Source: Basidiobolus meristosporus CBS 931.73
Lineage: Eukaryota > Fungi > Basidiobolomycota
Reading direction: 5' to 3'
NCBI GenBank assembly: GCA_002104905.1
Contig: MCFE01000111.1
Location: 104,004 to 168,003 of the forward strand
DNA length: 64,000 nucleotides
Shown: piece after piece, positions 1 to 9,439 of the stretch
Layout of the letters: each line of letters starts with the position of its first letter
Position numbering within the stretch: the stretch's first letter is position 1
The notes under the pieces: generated by a model
The model's input: only the letters and a program-made list of their open reading frames with translations
What the model was told of the DNA's origin: nothing
The model's database searches: none
Program-made: the position numbers and the translations under genes

Positions 1-750
1 CGGCGATACTTATAACTCACTATGTGAGCGTATTCAAAAGGTTATAGTACGGACCATCAGCAAAGAGTTTACTACGGCACTCCGTCCATACCGAAAGAAG
101 TAATTGTCACGACTTTGGTTGATTCTCCTTGGATGTACTGACAAACGGCGGTGTGAATTATAGGCGTACCTGGGCAGTCCTGGATCCTGCATTGATGTAT
201 TCCAATTCCGAGAGCGTTGGAATTGATGTGACCGAGATTCTGGAGATCTCGCCTGAGCTATGTTCACCTCTATCTCACTTGTCAATGGAAATCAACTACC
301 TGGGCCAGCATTTGCCGAGATCCCTCTTTGTCAGCCTTTTCAAGGAAGTGGCTGCCGAGGTGGACGACTTCTTCTGGAACAGGATTCTCATGGCATACCA
401 ATTCAGCGACTACGGCTGCAAGCAATTCGCTCTTGATATGAGAGTCGGAGTTTGGGGATCAGTTCAAAGATGGCTTCGTAAGCCTGAAAACTACTTCAAA
501 AGGTATATTTGAGAAACCTCTATGTTTGGTCAAACATTTAATAACACCACCACCATCCAGGGTCAAAGATGCATGCACCCTCTTCACACTTGACCATGCC
601 GTACTTGCTCGGCTATCTGTAGAATTGTATGATTATTCGGTTCCCAGTGAGGAACTGACTCAGTTCTTGGAGAAGTTGAACATATTTAACCTGAGCATCT
701 TGGAAGCTCGAGAATTGCTCTCTAGAAAGATCGATCCCTATGAAATGTAA
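1..750 (+). CDS. RINT1: RINT1/Tip20 family (Dsl1/NRZ tethering complex) 3' portion; 5' end is outside the window; introns 100-163 and 503-560
   Basis: The spliced translation reads ...FWNRILMAYQFSDYGCKQFALDM...RKPENYFKR|VKDACTLFTL, matching the RINT1 C-terminal PENYFKxxKEAC motif. Both GT..AG introns restore the frame. Stop TAA at 748-750. Confidence 0.8.
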
Positions 751-899
751 CTGTAATTAAACAATCCACCTGAAACGAACATTTATCCAGTAATCTTCTG
801 CCATAAGCCGATATCAACATTCTGACCACAGGCTGGCATCGCGGTGACTTATTTATTTATATGCGAATAAAGGTAGTTGGACCATAGTAAATAAAGGTT

Positions 900-2741
900 T
901 TAGGAGAATCCAAACAATCTCTTTTTGGTGTCTAAGATAGTTTTACCTATTCCAAGAATACCTCCTAATCCTTTTTTAGCTCCATTATAGATTGATCCGA
1001 AGAACCCTCCTCCTCCTCCTCCTCCTCCTCCATTACCATCACCACCACTACCGCCTTGACCACCGCCTTGACCGCCGCCACCGCCTTGACCACCACCACC
1101 ACCCTGACCTCCATTTATAATATAGTAGCCTTGGCCTCCCTGACCACCTTGTCCTTGCCAGCCTCCTTGTTGCCACCCGTATCCACCTTGCCCTCCTTGC
1201 CAAACTTGACCTCCTTGGCCTCCTTGACCTCCTTGACCTCCTTGACCTCCTTGGCCTCCTTGACCTCCTTGACTTCCTTGGCCTCCTTGTTGCCAGCCGT
1301 ATCCACCCTGTCCACCTTGGCCTCCCTGTTGCCAGCCGTATCCACCCTGTCCACCTTGGCCTCCCTGTTGCCAGCCGTATCCACCCTGCCCACCTTGGCC
1401 TCCCTGTTGCCAGCCGTATCCACCCTGCCCACCTTGACCTCCCTGTTGCCAGCCGTATCTACCCTGCCCACCTTGACCTCCCTGTTGCCAACCATATCCA
1501 CCCTGCCCACCGTTCCCTTTATATCCAGAAGGAACGTAATATTTGACCTTTCTCTTGGGCTGAGGAGGATATTTGGGTTTGGTCTTGTCCCCTGTCGGGT
1601 ATGTGGGCTGGCGCTTTTTGACAGCCTCCTTGAGTTTGTAGGATTTCTTGATCTTCCCCTTGTAGGAGTCGTCCTGATCTTCGCGTTGGCGTATGGTCTT
1701 GGCCTTCCCCTTGTAGGAGTCGTTGTGATCTTTGCGCCGGCGTATGGTCTTGACCTTTCTTACTTTCTTGACACGCTTCTTTTTATTCGAACCGGAACTG
1801 CGCTTCTCTCCATAACCTTGGTCAGTGCTAGAGGTGCTGGTACCTGAGCCGTATTTAGAGGTGGAACTGCTGTCCGAACCGTATTTAGAGGTGGAGCTGC
1901 TGTCCGAACCGTATTTAGAGGTGGAACTGCTGTCCGAGCCATATTTAGAGGTGGTGCTACTCCCTGAACCATAATTGCTCTTGGGACTCTCTTCTTTTGA
2001 CTTCGCTAAGTAATCCGATAGATAATCGAAGATCCTGGACTCGCCTTTAGAGGAATCGTCAACTTTCTTGGGCTTGTAGGAAATATTAATCTTGGGCTTC
2101 GGACTTGGCTTCGGGCTTGGTTTCGGGCTTGGTTTCGGTTTCGGCTTGGTTCCCGAACCATAGGAAGAGCCTGAGTGTGAGTGAGAGCTAGAGCCAGAAC
2201 CATAGGAGGAGCCGGACTGAGAACTGGAGCCAGAGGAGGAGCCAGATGAGGAACCGGAACCAGAGGAGGAGCCGGACTCGGAACTGGAGCCAGATGAGCC
2301 GGACTCCGAGCTAGACCCAGAGGAGGAACTGGATTCTGAGTAACTACCCCCAGTGGATGAAGTTTCGTAAGACCACTCTCCGGGATTCTGGATGATGCTG
2401 TAGGAACCGCTTGATCCAGAGCTTGATTCCGAGGAACCTGAGCCATAGCCAGATTCGGAATAGCTTCCACTTGTGGTTGAGGTTTCATACGAGTATTCTC
2501 CAGGACCAGCAACGGTTTCGTAGACATCAGGTGACTTGCCAGTTATGACATACTCTTCTGTGCCATCAGGATGCTTGATGGTTTCCGTGGTATAAACCAT
2601 ATTGTCTGGGGAGGTCTTTGTGCCGGCAGAATCATCCTTCGCGACGCCACTGCCATACCCACCCTCAGCATTGCTTTTATCCTCTAGTCCATAAGTGCCC
2701 AGTAGCACGGCAGATAGCACAAACAGTTGCTGAAGAAGCAT
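900..2741 (-). CDS. Secreted modular low-complexity protein (Ser-rich, PKPS, SKYGSDSSST, Lys/Arg-rich and GYGWQQGGQGGQG repeats), 613 aa, no recognisable family
   Basis: Intronless ORF. True ATG at 2741; the ORF-track start is a TTG. The N-terminus MLLQQLFVLSAVLLGTYG is a signal-peptide-like hydrophobic stretch. Repeats keep the frame throughout. Confidence 0.85.
   Translation of the reverse strand: MLLQQLFVLSAVLLGTYGLEDKSNAEGGYGSGVAKDDSAGTKTSPDNMVYTTETIKHPDGTEEYVITGKSPDVYETVAGPGEYSYETSTTSGSYSESGYGSGSSESSSGSSGSYSIIQNPGEWSYETSSTGGSYSESSSSSGSSSESGSSGSSSESGSSSGSGSSSGSSSGSSSQSGSSYGSGSSSHSHSGSSYGSGTKPKPKPSPKPSPKPSPKPKINISYKPKKVDDSSKGESRIFDYLSDYLAKSKEESPKSNYGSGSSTTSKYGSDSSSTSKYGSDSSSTSKYGSDSSSTSKYGSGTSTSSTDQGYGEKRSSGSNKKKRVKKVRKVKTIRRRKDHNDSYKGKAKTIRQREDQDDSYKGKIKKSYKLKEAVKKRQPTYPTGDKTKPKYPPQPKRKVKYYVPSGYKGNGGQGGYGWQQGGQGGQGRYGWQQGGQGGQGGYGWQQGGQGGQGGYGWQQGGQGGQGGYGWQQGGQGGQGGYGWQQGGQGSQGGQGGQGGQGGQGGQGGQGGQVWQGGQGGYGWQQGGWQGQGGQGGQGYYIINGGQGGGGGQGGGGGQGGGQGGSGGDGNGGGGGGGGGFFGSIYNGAKKGLGGILGIGKTILDTKKRLFGFS
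1277..1510 (-). repeat. Coding minisatellite, 6 x 39 bp (GYGWQQGGQGGQG), followed in the protein by about 8 x 9 bp (GGQ) at ~1206-1276
   Basis: Unit ccagccgtatccaccctg(t/c)ccaccttggcctccctgttg is repeated tandemly; a seventh degenerate YGWQQ unit lies near 1177. Confidence 0.9.
1848..1975 (-). repeat. Coding minisatellite, ~4 x 30 bp (SKYGSDSSST)
   Basis: Unit gtatttagaggtgga(a/g)ctgctgtccgaacc is repeated tandemly. Confidence 0.9.
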
Positions 2742-3355
2742 GGCAGTATCCAAAGTAGGGCGCGGGTTCTAGACTTCCACAGTAGCCCCACCAGGTGACA
2801 CAACCGTCTTTTATGTAAAAATGGACAGTTTCAGGAAGATGCTGGGATAAGCATCCATGCTGAAACCTTAGTAACAGCTGCAACTCGCAGTGCCAACAAT
2901 ATATGACGGGTCTGATGCAGATCTTCCTCGGCGACTTCAAACGGCGATCGGTTTCATCTTGGAACCGCACCTCTATTGGCGGCAGAGAAGCCAGGCTAGA
3001 AACGGGGATGGAACTCACTAGGTGGAGAGAAACGTTTAACCGCAGCCAGAGGATTGGTCACTGGATAGGAAATCCAAATAGCTGCTCTAGGCTAATCAGA
3101 TCCAAATCTAGGCGAGGGAGGGGAGCGAGAACCACAACAAATGGTTCTCGTAGCTTAATTTTGCTCCAATTTTCCAGCAAACCTTGGTTGAAGGGTTTCT
3201 ACAGGGAATTCCTGCGATCCAATTCATTTCCTTCCACTATATATGGATGGTGTATACTCCGTGCAGGTCGTGGTTCTTTTTTTTGCATCGAGTGGAGTCA
3301 TCGCTTCCACAGTAACCTCCTTTCCTTTTCTGCGCTCCCTTTCTTTCTTAATACC

Positions 3356-4556
3356 ATGTCCGAGAATTCCGTCCACAACCTGCCACACGCATTCACCTCG
3401 CAGTTCCCCTCGACACCCCTACCGTACCCTTTACAGAGCAACACCACACCAGCACCCAACCACACATACCCCCCGTTATCTACTCCGAATCACAGCAATG
3501 TCCAGCCTCCGGTTTCCCTCCCTTCGCTGAAGCCAGAGAAGTATAGATTGAGGTTGTCGGACTTTGTGATTTTGCGGACAATAGGAACCGGCTCTTTTGG
3601 ACGTGTCCATCTTGTACAACTAAAGGCCAACGGCCGCTTCTACGCCATGAAGGTGTTGAAGAAGACCGAGGTCGTTCGACTGAAGCAAGTGGAGCATGTC
3701 AATCACGAGCGAGCTGTTCTTGAGTTGTGTCACAACACGTTCCTTGTGAATATCATTGGGAGCTTCCAAGACACCACCAACCTCTATATGGTGATGGAGT
3801 ACGTGGCGGGTGGGGAGCTTTTCAGCTACCTTCGAAAGTTTCAGGTATGTACGACCAGCTCAACCCGTTCTATCTGGACTGGTTCTAAACAAACCCCTTC
3901 CCTAGCGATTCCCAGGCTACGTAGCCAAATTCTACGCAGCCGAGGTCACCTTGGCCTTCGAGTATCTTCACACCAAAAGCATCATCTACCGCGATCTGAA
4001 GCCCGAGAACGTGTTGTTAAATAGCCAGGGACACATCAAAATCACCGATTTCGGCTTCGCCAAGTACGTCCCCGACATTACCTGGACACTGTGTGGCACG
4101 CCAGATTATCTTGCGCCGGAGATCATCCAATCCAAAGGATATGGTAGCGCGGTTGACTGGTATTCGCTAGGAATCCTGATATTTGAGATGCTTGCTGGCT
4201 ATCCACCGTTCTACGATGATGATCACTTCAAGCTGTACGAGAAAATCATCGCCGGAAAGATCAGATGGCCACCGCACATCGATGCCGATGCCAGGGATTT
4301 GATCAAGAAATTAACCACCGCCGACCTTACTAAGCGCTACGGGAATCTCAAAGGGGGCGTCCAGGACATCAAGAACCACAAGTGGTTCGCGGAGATCGAC
4401 TGGAACCGGCTGGAGCGACTTGAGGTTCAGCCACCCATCGTCCCAATTGTGACCAGCGACGGGGACACCAGCAACTATGATATGTATCAAGAGACGAACG
4501 ATATTTATGGAATGCCAACCGAAGACCCGTTCCGGGAGAAGTTCCTCGATTTTTAG
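3356..4556 (+). CDS. pkaC: cAMP-dependent protein kinase A catalytic subunit; intron 3845-3905
   Basis: [41 protein letters not shown] and an AGC C-tail (DTSNYDMY...F..F). The intron GTATGT..CCTAG joins RKFQ|[14 protein letters not shown]. Confidence 0.95.
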
Positions 4557-4931
4557 GTTCGCAAAATCCACATGATTTGTAAAAATACGCTATAGATGTA
4601 TAATACTTAGTATACACGATTAATAAAGCACATGGACGCATACAACGCCACTCCGAATGTTAACCAGGGTGCACAACATGACTAAAGTGATGTCTCACGC
4701 CTGGCCGTTTACCCGAGACCTGGGTGATTGTGGGGATTGATTGGTGAGATGATATCAATATCAATCTTTTCTGTGCATGCACATCTACATCAGCGATATT
4801 TTTAGCAAAGATGAATATGTGCTACATCACCAGCTCCCTGCCTATTTAAACCTACCCCTATGGTGGCTAGCCTCCACTTGTGCTGAAATTTGAGTTACAA
4901 CTAGCCAGTGTTACCATTTATTTCTTCTATA

Positions 4932-6707
4932 ATGTATCGTTACCAAAGCTCTATCCCTAAACTTCCAGTTCCCAAACTGGAAGACACTTGCCAAAAGTAT
5001 CTTAAGAGTGTTAGACCTTTGTTAGATGACCAAGCCTACGCAAATACCGAGCTCGCCGTCAAGGACTTTTTGAAGCCCGGTGGCCAAGGAGAAGAGCTTC
5101 AGAAGCGTCTCTTGGCCAAGGCCAACGACCCCAAGGTCGTTAACTGGCTAGAAGACTGGTGGAATGACCTTGCTTACATGGGCTACAGAGACCCTGTAGT
5201 CCCCTACGTTTCCTACTTTTACACCTTCAAGGACGACCTTGTTAGAAAAACCCCCTCAAAGAGAGCCGCCAGCATCGTGACCGCAGCAATGGAATTCAGA
5301 GAGTTGGTTGTAAGTGAAAAGCTCACCCCAGATGGCAGCAGCAAGGCTCCCTTCTGTATGTCCTCGTACAAGTATATGTTCAACGCTTGCAGATACCCCA
5401 AGAAGCCTTCAGACTATGCTGAAACCTTCGACACCGCCACCAACACCCACATTGGTGTGGTCAGAAAGAACAAGTACTACATTGTTGAGATGTTCCCCAA
5501 CGGCCAGCAACTTTCCGCCGCCGAATTGGAGCAACAATTTGAGAGAATCATTGCTGACGCTGGCTCGGACAAAGCACCTGCCCTTGGTGCCGTGACCTGC
5601 GACAGCCGTGATGTCTGGGCCGATGTTCGTCCAATCATCCTTCAATCCGCCCCTGAGAACGAGGCACTTCTTAAGAAGCTTGAAAGCTCTATTTTGTTGG
5701 TTTGTTTGGACGACTCCGCGCCACAAAACCGTGACGAGCTTTCCTGGGGCTGCTGGGCTGGTGACGGCCGCAACAGATACTTTGACAAATCCCTCCAATT
5801 CATCGTTTTCGAGAACGGTAGAGCCGGTTTCTTGGGAGAGCACTCCTGCATGGACGGCACGCCCACCGCTCGCCTGTGCGACTATATTTTGAGCAATTTG
5901 GCCAAGGGCAAGGTCAACCTTGGCTCCAACGCGGTCAGATCCAACGTTCCCAATCCCGAGAAGTTGAACCTTCGCTTCAGCGAGCAAGCTCTGAAGGCAA
6001 TCGCTGTGTCCGAGAAGAACTTCGACGTGTTGATGAGCAAGCACGACCTGAACGCACTGGCCTACTACGGCTTCGGTAAGAACTTGATCAAGAAGTTCCG
6101 CACCAGCCCAGATGCTTTCGTCCAAATGATCATTCAGCTCGGATACTACAAGATGCACGGTATCTGCCATCCAACATACGAGGCTGCCACCACCCGTAAG
6201 TTTGCCCACGGTAGAACTGAAACCGGCCGTTCCGTCTCGAGCGAATCGGTCGCATTCGTCAAAGCCATGGAGGATCCCACTGTCTCCAAGGAGCAGAAGA
6301 TCGCCCTAGGCAGAGCCGCCTTCAACGCTCATGTCAAGTACATGGTCAACGCAGGTAATGCTCAAGGAGTTGACAGACACTTGTTAGGCCTACGTCTCCT
6401 ACTCCGCCCCAATGAGCCCAAGCCAGCCATCTTCCAAGATAAGGCATACTCCTACTCTAGCCATTGGAATCTCTCCACATCGCAACTCGCCAGCGAGTTC
6501 TTCGACAGCTGGGGTTACGGAGAGGTCGTCCCTGATGGCTTCGGTATCGCCTATATCATCAAGAACAACGCATTGCACTTCACAGTGACAAGCATGAACC
6601 TTGGAGCCAAGACCTTGACCTACTGCTTGGCTGAAGCGGCCGAGGAGATGAAGAAGCTGTTCGAATCGGAAGTTCCCACTGAGAAGAATGCCAAGGCCAA
6701 ATTATAA
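4932..6707 (+). CDS. CAT2: Carnitine O-acetyltransferase with C-terminal PTS1 (-AKL)
   Basis: LPVPKLEDT, NWLEDWW, catalytic EHSCMDG, TYEAATTRKFAHGRTE and LSTSQL motifs. First ATG at 4932; the ORF-track start is a GTG. Confidence 0.92.
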   Translation: MYRYQSSIPKLPVPKLEDTCQKYLKSVRPLLDDQAYANTELAVKDFLKPGGQGEELQKRLLAKANDPKVVNWLEDWWNDLAYMGYRDPVVPYVSYFYTFKDDLVRKTPSKRAASIVTAAMEFRELVVSEKLTPDGSSKAPFCMSSYKYMFNACRYPKKPSDYAETFDTATNTHIGVVRKNKYYIVEMFPNGQQLSAAELEQQFERIIADAGSDKAPALGAVTCDSRDVWADVRPIILQSAPENEALLKKLESSILLVCLDDSAPQNRDELSWGCWAGDGRNRYFDKSLQFIVFENGRAGFLGEHSCMDGTPTARLCDYILSNLAKGKVNLGSNAVRSNVPNPEKLNLRFSEQALKAIAVSEKNFDVLMSKHDLNALAYYGFGKNLIKKFRTSPDAFVQMIIQLGYYKMHGICHPTYEAATTRKFAHGRTETGRSVSSESVAFVKAMEDPTVSKEQKIALGRAAFNAHVKYMVNAGNAQGVDRHLLGLRLLLRPNEPKPAIFQDKAYSYSSHWNLSTSQLASEFFDSWGYGEVVPDGFGIAYIIKNNALHFTVTSMNLGAKTLTYCLAEAAEEMKKLFESEVPTEKNAKAKL

Positions 6708-6886
6708 GCCCAATCCATTGTAATATTCAAAACCATTGTTTAATACTACTAGCACTCATTAAATCGCATTCCTAATCATAACCATATGTACGTTAATTAG
6801 TTGGGCATTGCAGAAAGATTAGGGTTTATTTACAGTGTGGTGAATGATGCATTATGAATATTGGATTAGTCTAAGTGAATGTTTCT

Positions 6887-8410
6887 CTAGAAGCGGGATA
6901 GATCGCACTCGGTCAACTTCACGATCTTGGTCTTGTTGATGATTTTGTACCCGAAGTAGAGTACGGCAAAGATGATGATGGCAAGGTAACCACCAATACA
7001 CACGCCCCAGTCGAAATGACCATTGGTGTATGCTTCATACCCTTGCCCGCCAAGAACAACTGCGCACAGGACAAATGCGAGAATGGGGCCGAATGGGTAC
7101 AGGCGGGCTCTGTATGGCAATTCGTCCAAAGAATGCCCCTGAGCGAGGAATGCTTTACGGAAACGATAGTGGCTCACTGCAATTCCGATCCAGGCAATGA
7201 AGCCTGAGGTACTGGAGGCACGCAAAAGCCACATGTAGATGACACCGTTCCCGAAGAGGGATGTCAGAAACGCCAAGCACCCAACAACAGCGGTAAGGAT
7301 CAGAGCGTGCATGGGAACCCCGCGTGAGTTCACCCGACCGAAAATCTTGGGGGCCATGTTGGAGTTGGCCATCATCCATAGAGTGCGGGTGCATGCATAA
7401 AGAGCAGAGTTTCCAGCGGAGAGGACAGTGATGAGGATAATGGCGTTCATAACGTCCGACGCAGGGCCAAGGCCAGCAAGTTTGAAGACCAAGGTGAAGG
7501 GAGAAATGGCAACGTCCTGGACACTACCCGAACTCACCAGGTTGGGGTCTGTGTAGGGAATGAGGAAGCTGATGATCATAATGGCGCCAATATAGAAGAG
7601 CAGGATTCTCCAGAAAACCTGTTTGATGGCGGTTGGAACGTTCTTCTCCGGGTTTTCGCTCTCTCCGGCGGCCACTCCAACCAACTCGGTTCCCATGAAA
7701 GAGAAACCGGCAACCAAGAAAACGCCCAGCGTGCCGAGTGCGCCATCTACGAAGGGGGCATCACCCAAGGTGAAATTTCTGGTACCGTACTTCACACCAC
7801 CAAGGACACCGGTAGCAACAAATATACCAATGATAATGAAGATCACGACGGTTACTACCTTGATCAGAGCAAACCAGTATTCTGCTTCGCCGTATCCCTT
7901 CACGGAAATAGAGTTGATCCCCACGATGATCACCAGCAAGCAGGCACTCCATACCCAGTTCGGAACATGAGGGAGCCAGTATTGCATGATCAGACCTCCA
8001 GCAGAAAGCTCCACCGCAACGGTCAGAGCCCATGAATACCAGTAGTTCCAACTGAGAGCAAATCCGAAGGCTGGGTCAACAAAGCGAGCACCGTAAGCAT
8101 TGAAAGAGCCCGAGATTGGCATGTAGGTGGCCATCTCCCCCAGACTGGTCATCAGGAAGAACACCATGATGCCGATTAGTCCGTAGCCAAGTAGAGCACC
8201 ACCAGGTCCTCCGGTAGCGATAGAAGCACCGCTGGCAAGGAAAAGGCCCGTACCGATGGTACCTCCGATAGAAATCATCGATAGATGGCGCCCCTTTAGC
8301 GATCTTCTGAGTTCGGCTTTCTCGCCCTCGATGCTGCAGCTCTCCAGCTCGGCTAGCTTCTCGGGGTCTTTTAAGTGGGATTGTTGGGTAAACGATCGCT
8401 CGGCTTCCAT
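6887..8410 (-). CDS. APC-family amino acid permease, LysP-like, copy A (507 aa, intronless)
   Basis: RHLSMISIGGTIGTGLF, GEAEYWFALIKV, GTELVGVAAGESENP, VFWRILLFY and SHYRFR motifs. ATG at 8410 (MEAERSF). Confidence 0.92.
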   Translation of the reverse strand: MEAERSFTQQSHLKDPEKLAELESCSIEGEKAELRRSLKGRHLSMISIGGTIGTGLFLASGASIATGGPGGALLGYGLIGIMVFFLMTSLGEMATYMPISGSFNAYGARFVDPAFGFALSWNYWYSWALTVAVELSAGGLIMQYWLPHVPNWVWSACLLVIIVGINSISVKGYGEAEYWFALIKVVTVVIFIIIGIFVATGVLGGVKYGTRNFTLGDAPFVDGALGTLGVFLVAGFSFMGTELVGVAAGESENPEKNVPTAIKQVFWRILLFYIGAIMIISFLIPYTDPNLVSSGSVQDVAISPFTLVFKLAGLGPASDVMNAIILITVLSAGNSALYACTRTLWMMANSNMAPKIFGRVNSRGVPMHALILTAVVGCLAFLTSLFGNGVIYMWLLRASSTSGFIAWIGIAVSHYRFRKAFLAQGHSLDELPYRARLYPFGPILAFVLCAVVLGGQGYEAYTNGHFDWGVCIGGYLAIIIFAVLYFGYKIINKTKIVKLTECDLSRF

Positions 8411-8623
8411 GTTGTGTGTATTAAGGGGCACTGTACAGCAGAGCGTGTGAGTAATTCTAGTCTTGAGAATATGAAACTGCGAGGAGACTCTCACGGCATT
8501 TATAAGAAACCAGAGATTCCTCGACCGTAACCCTGGGGTTGGACAGAAAAAGAGAGGGAGATATGCCATAAACGGTACATGTCAGGCTACCATTTGTCCT
8601 CTGGATATTTTCTAGACCAAATG

Positions 8624-8670
8624 CAACCCAATTACCCTGTGGCTTCTGCTCTGAACAACCCAATTACCCT
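8624..8670. promoter_or_regulatory. 15-bp perfect direct repeat CAACCCAATTACCCT (8624-8638, 8656-8670) in the divergent permease promoter
   Basis: Two exact copies 32 bp apart, about 215-260 bp upstream of permease A. A regulatory role is inferred only. Confidence 0.35.
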
Positions 8671-9439
8671 TAACCATCTACGAGGAATACCAAAAAAAGC
8701 CATGTATCGACCAATATGGAAGTACCTTGGACGAAAAGTATAACATGTGAGGAATTTTCTGGCCAGGAAAGGAATTTTCAACTTTGGCCTGGATAGATCA
8801 GGATGACTCACGGAGCAGTTGTTACAAATCCATGGATTCATAATGGTTACCATAGGGGGCATTATTTATTGTCAATATGCTCGCACTTTTTATTTGCTGT
8901 ACGGCTCAGCAACGTTACGGGAAAGCGGCTTAATTAACTGATCGCTGATAAGCCTAATGCAAGGGTTGATGAGCATGTTTGGAAGGTTGCTTCGAAAACA
9001 TTCTCCATGTGATTGCTCGAAAGGGAATTCGTGACAATAGAACATTCCTCCCACACCGAAAAGTCACCCAACCCAACGAAAAGTCTACATGTGAGCGATG
9101 GAAGGTGATTAAAATGGACAAGTGAAATTTTCTTCGCTTATCTACAGAGGTTAATGGTGCTGGCCAATTGCTACTGTTACTACCGTTCACTCTGCTAATC
9201 CATGATCTCTCAGGCGAAGGATTTAAGTTAATATTGGTTCCCATATCAGGCATGGTGCTAGTCGACAAATCTAAAATAAGCTTTTGCCTTGTCATCCATC
9301 CACTTCATTAAAGTCAGTTGACTGGAATTAAACTTCCTGAAGTGAGACCCCTCCCTCCACCCATTCGGTTCCTATAAAAAAGCATCCGTCACCGTCTCAG
9401 AGACCCAACAACCCTTCTATTGATTATAACTAATTCACA

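Noticed and set aside
1277-1975. Regular 39-bp and 30-bp repeats resembling a CRISPR array
   Set aside because: The units are contiguous with no unique spacers, are in frame within a CDS, and no cas genes are present; the context is eukaryotic.
1056-2527. Long overlapping ORFs (1056-1847 +, 1115-1510 -, 1760-1972 -, 2006-2527 -)
   Set aside because: These are shadow frames kept open by the low-complexity repeats of the secreted protein, with no independent coding signal.
2903-3355. Long N-terminal extension of the PKA ORF in the track
   Set aside because: It is probably promoter/5' UTR read-through. The pyrimidine-rich leader precedes a good ATG at 3356, and the ORF tail runs into an intron.
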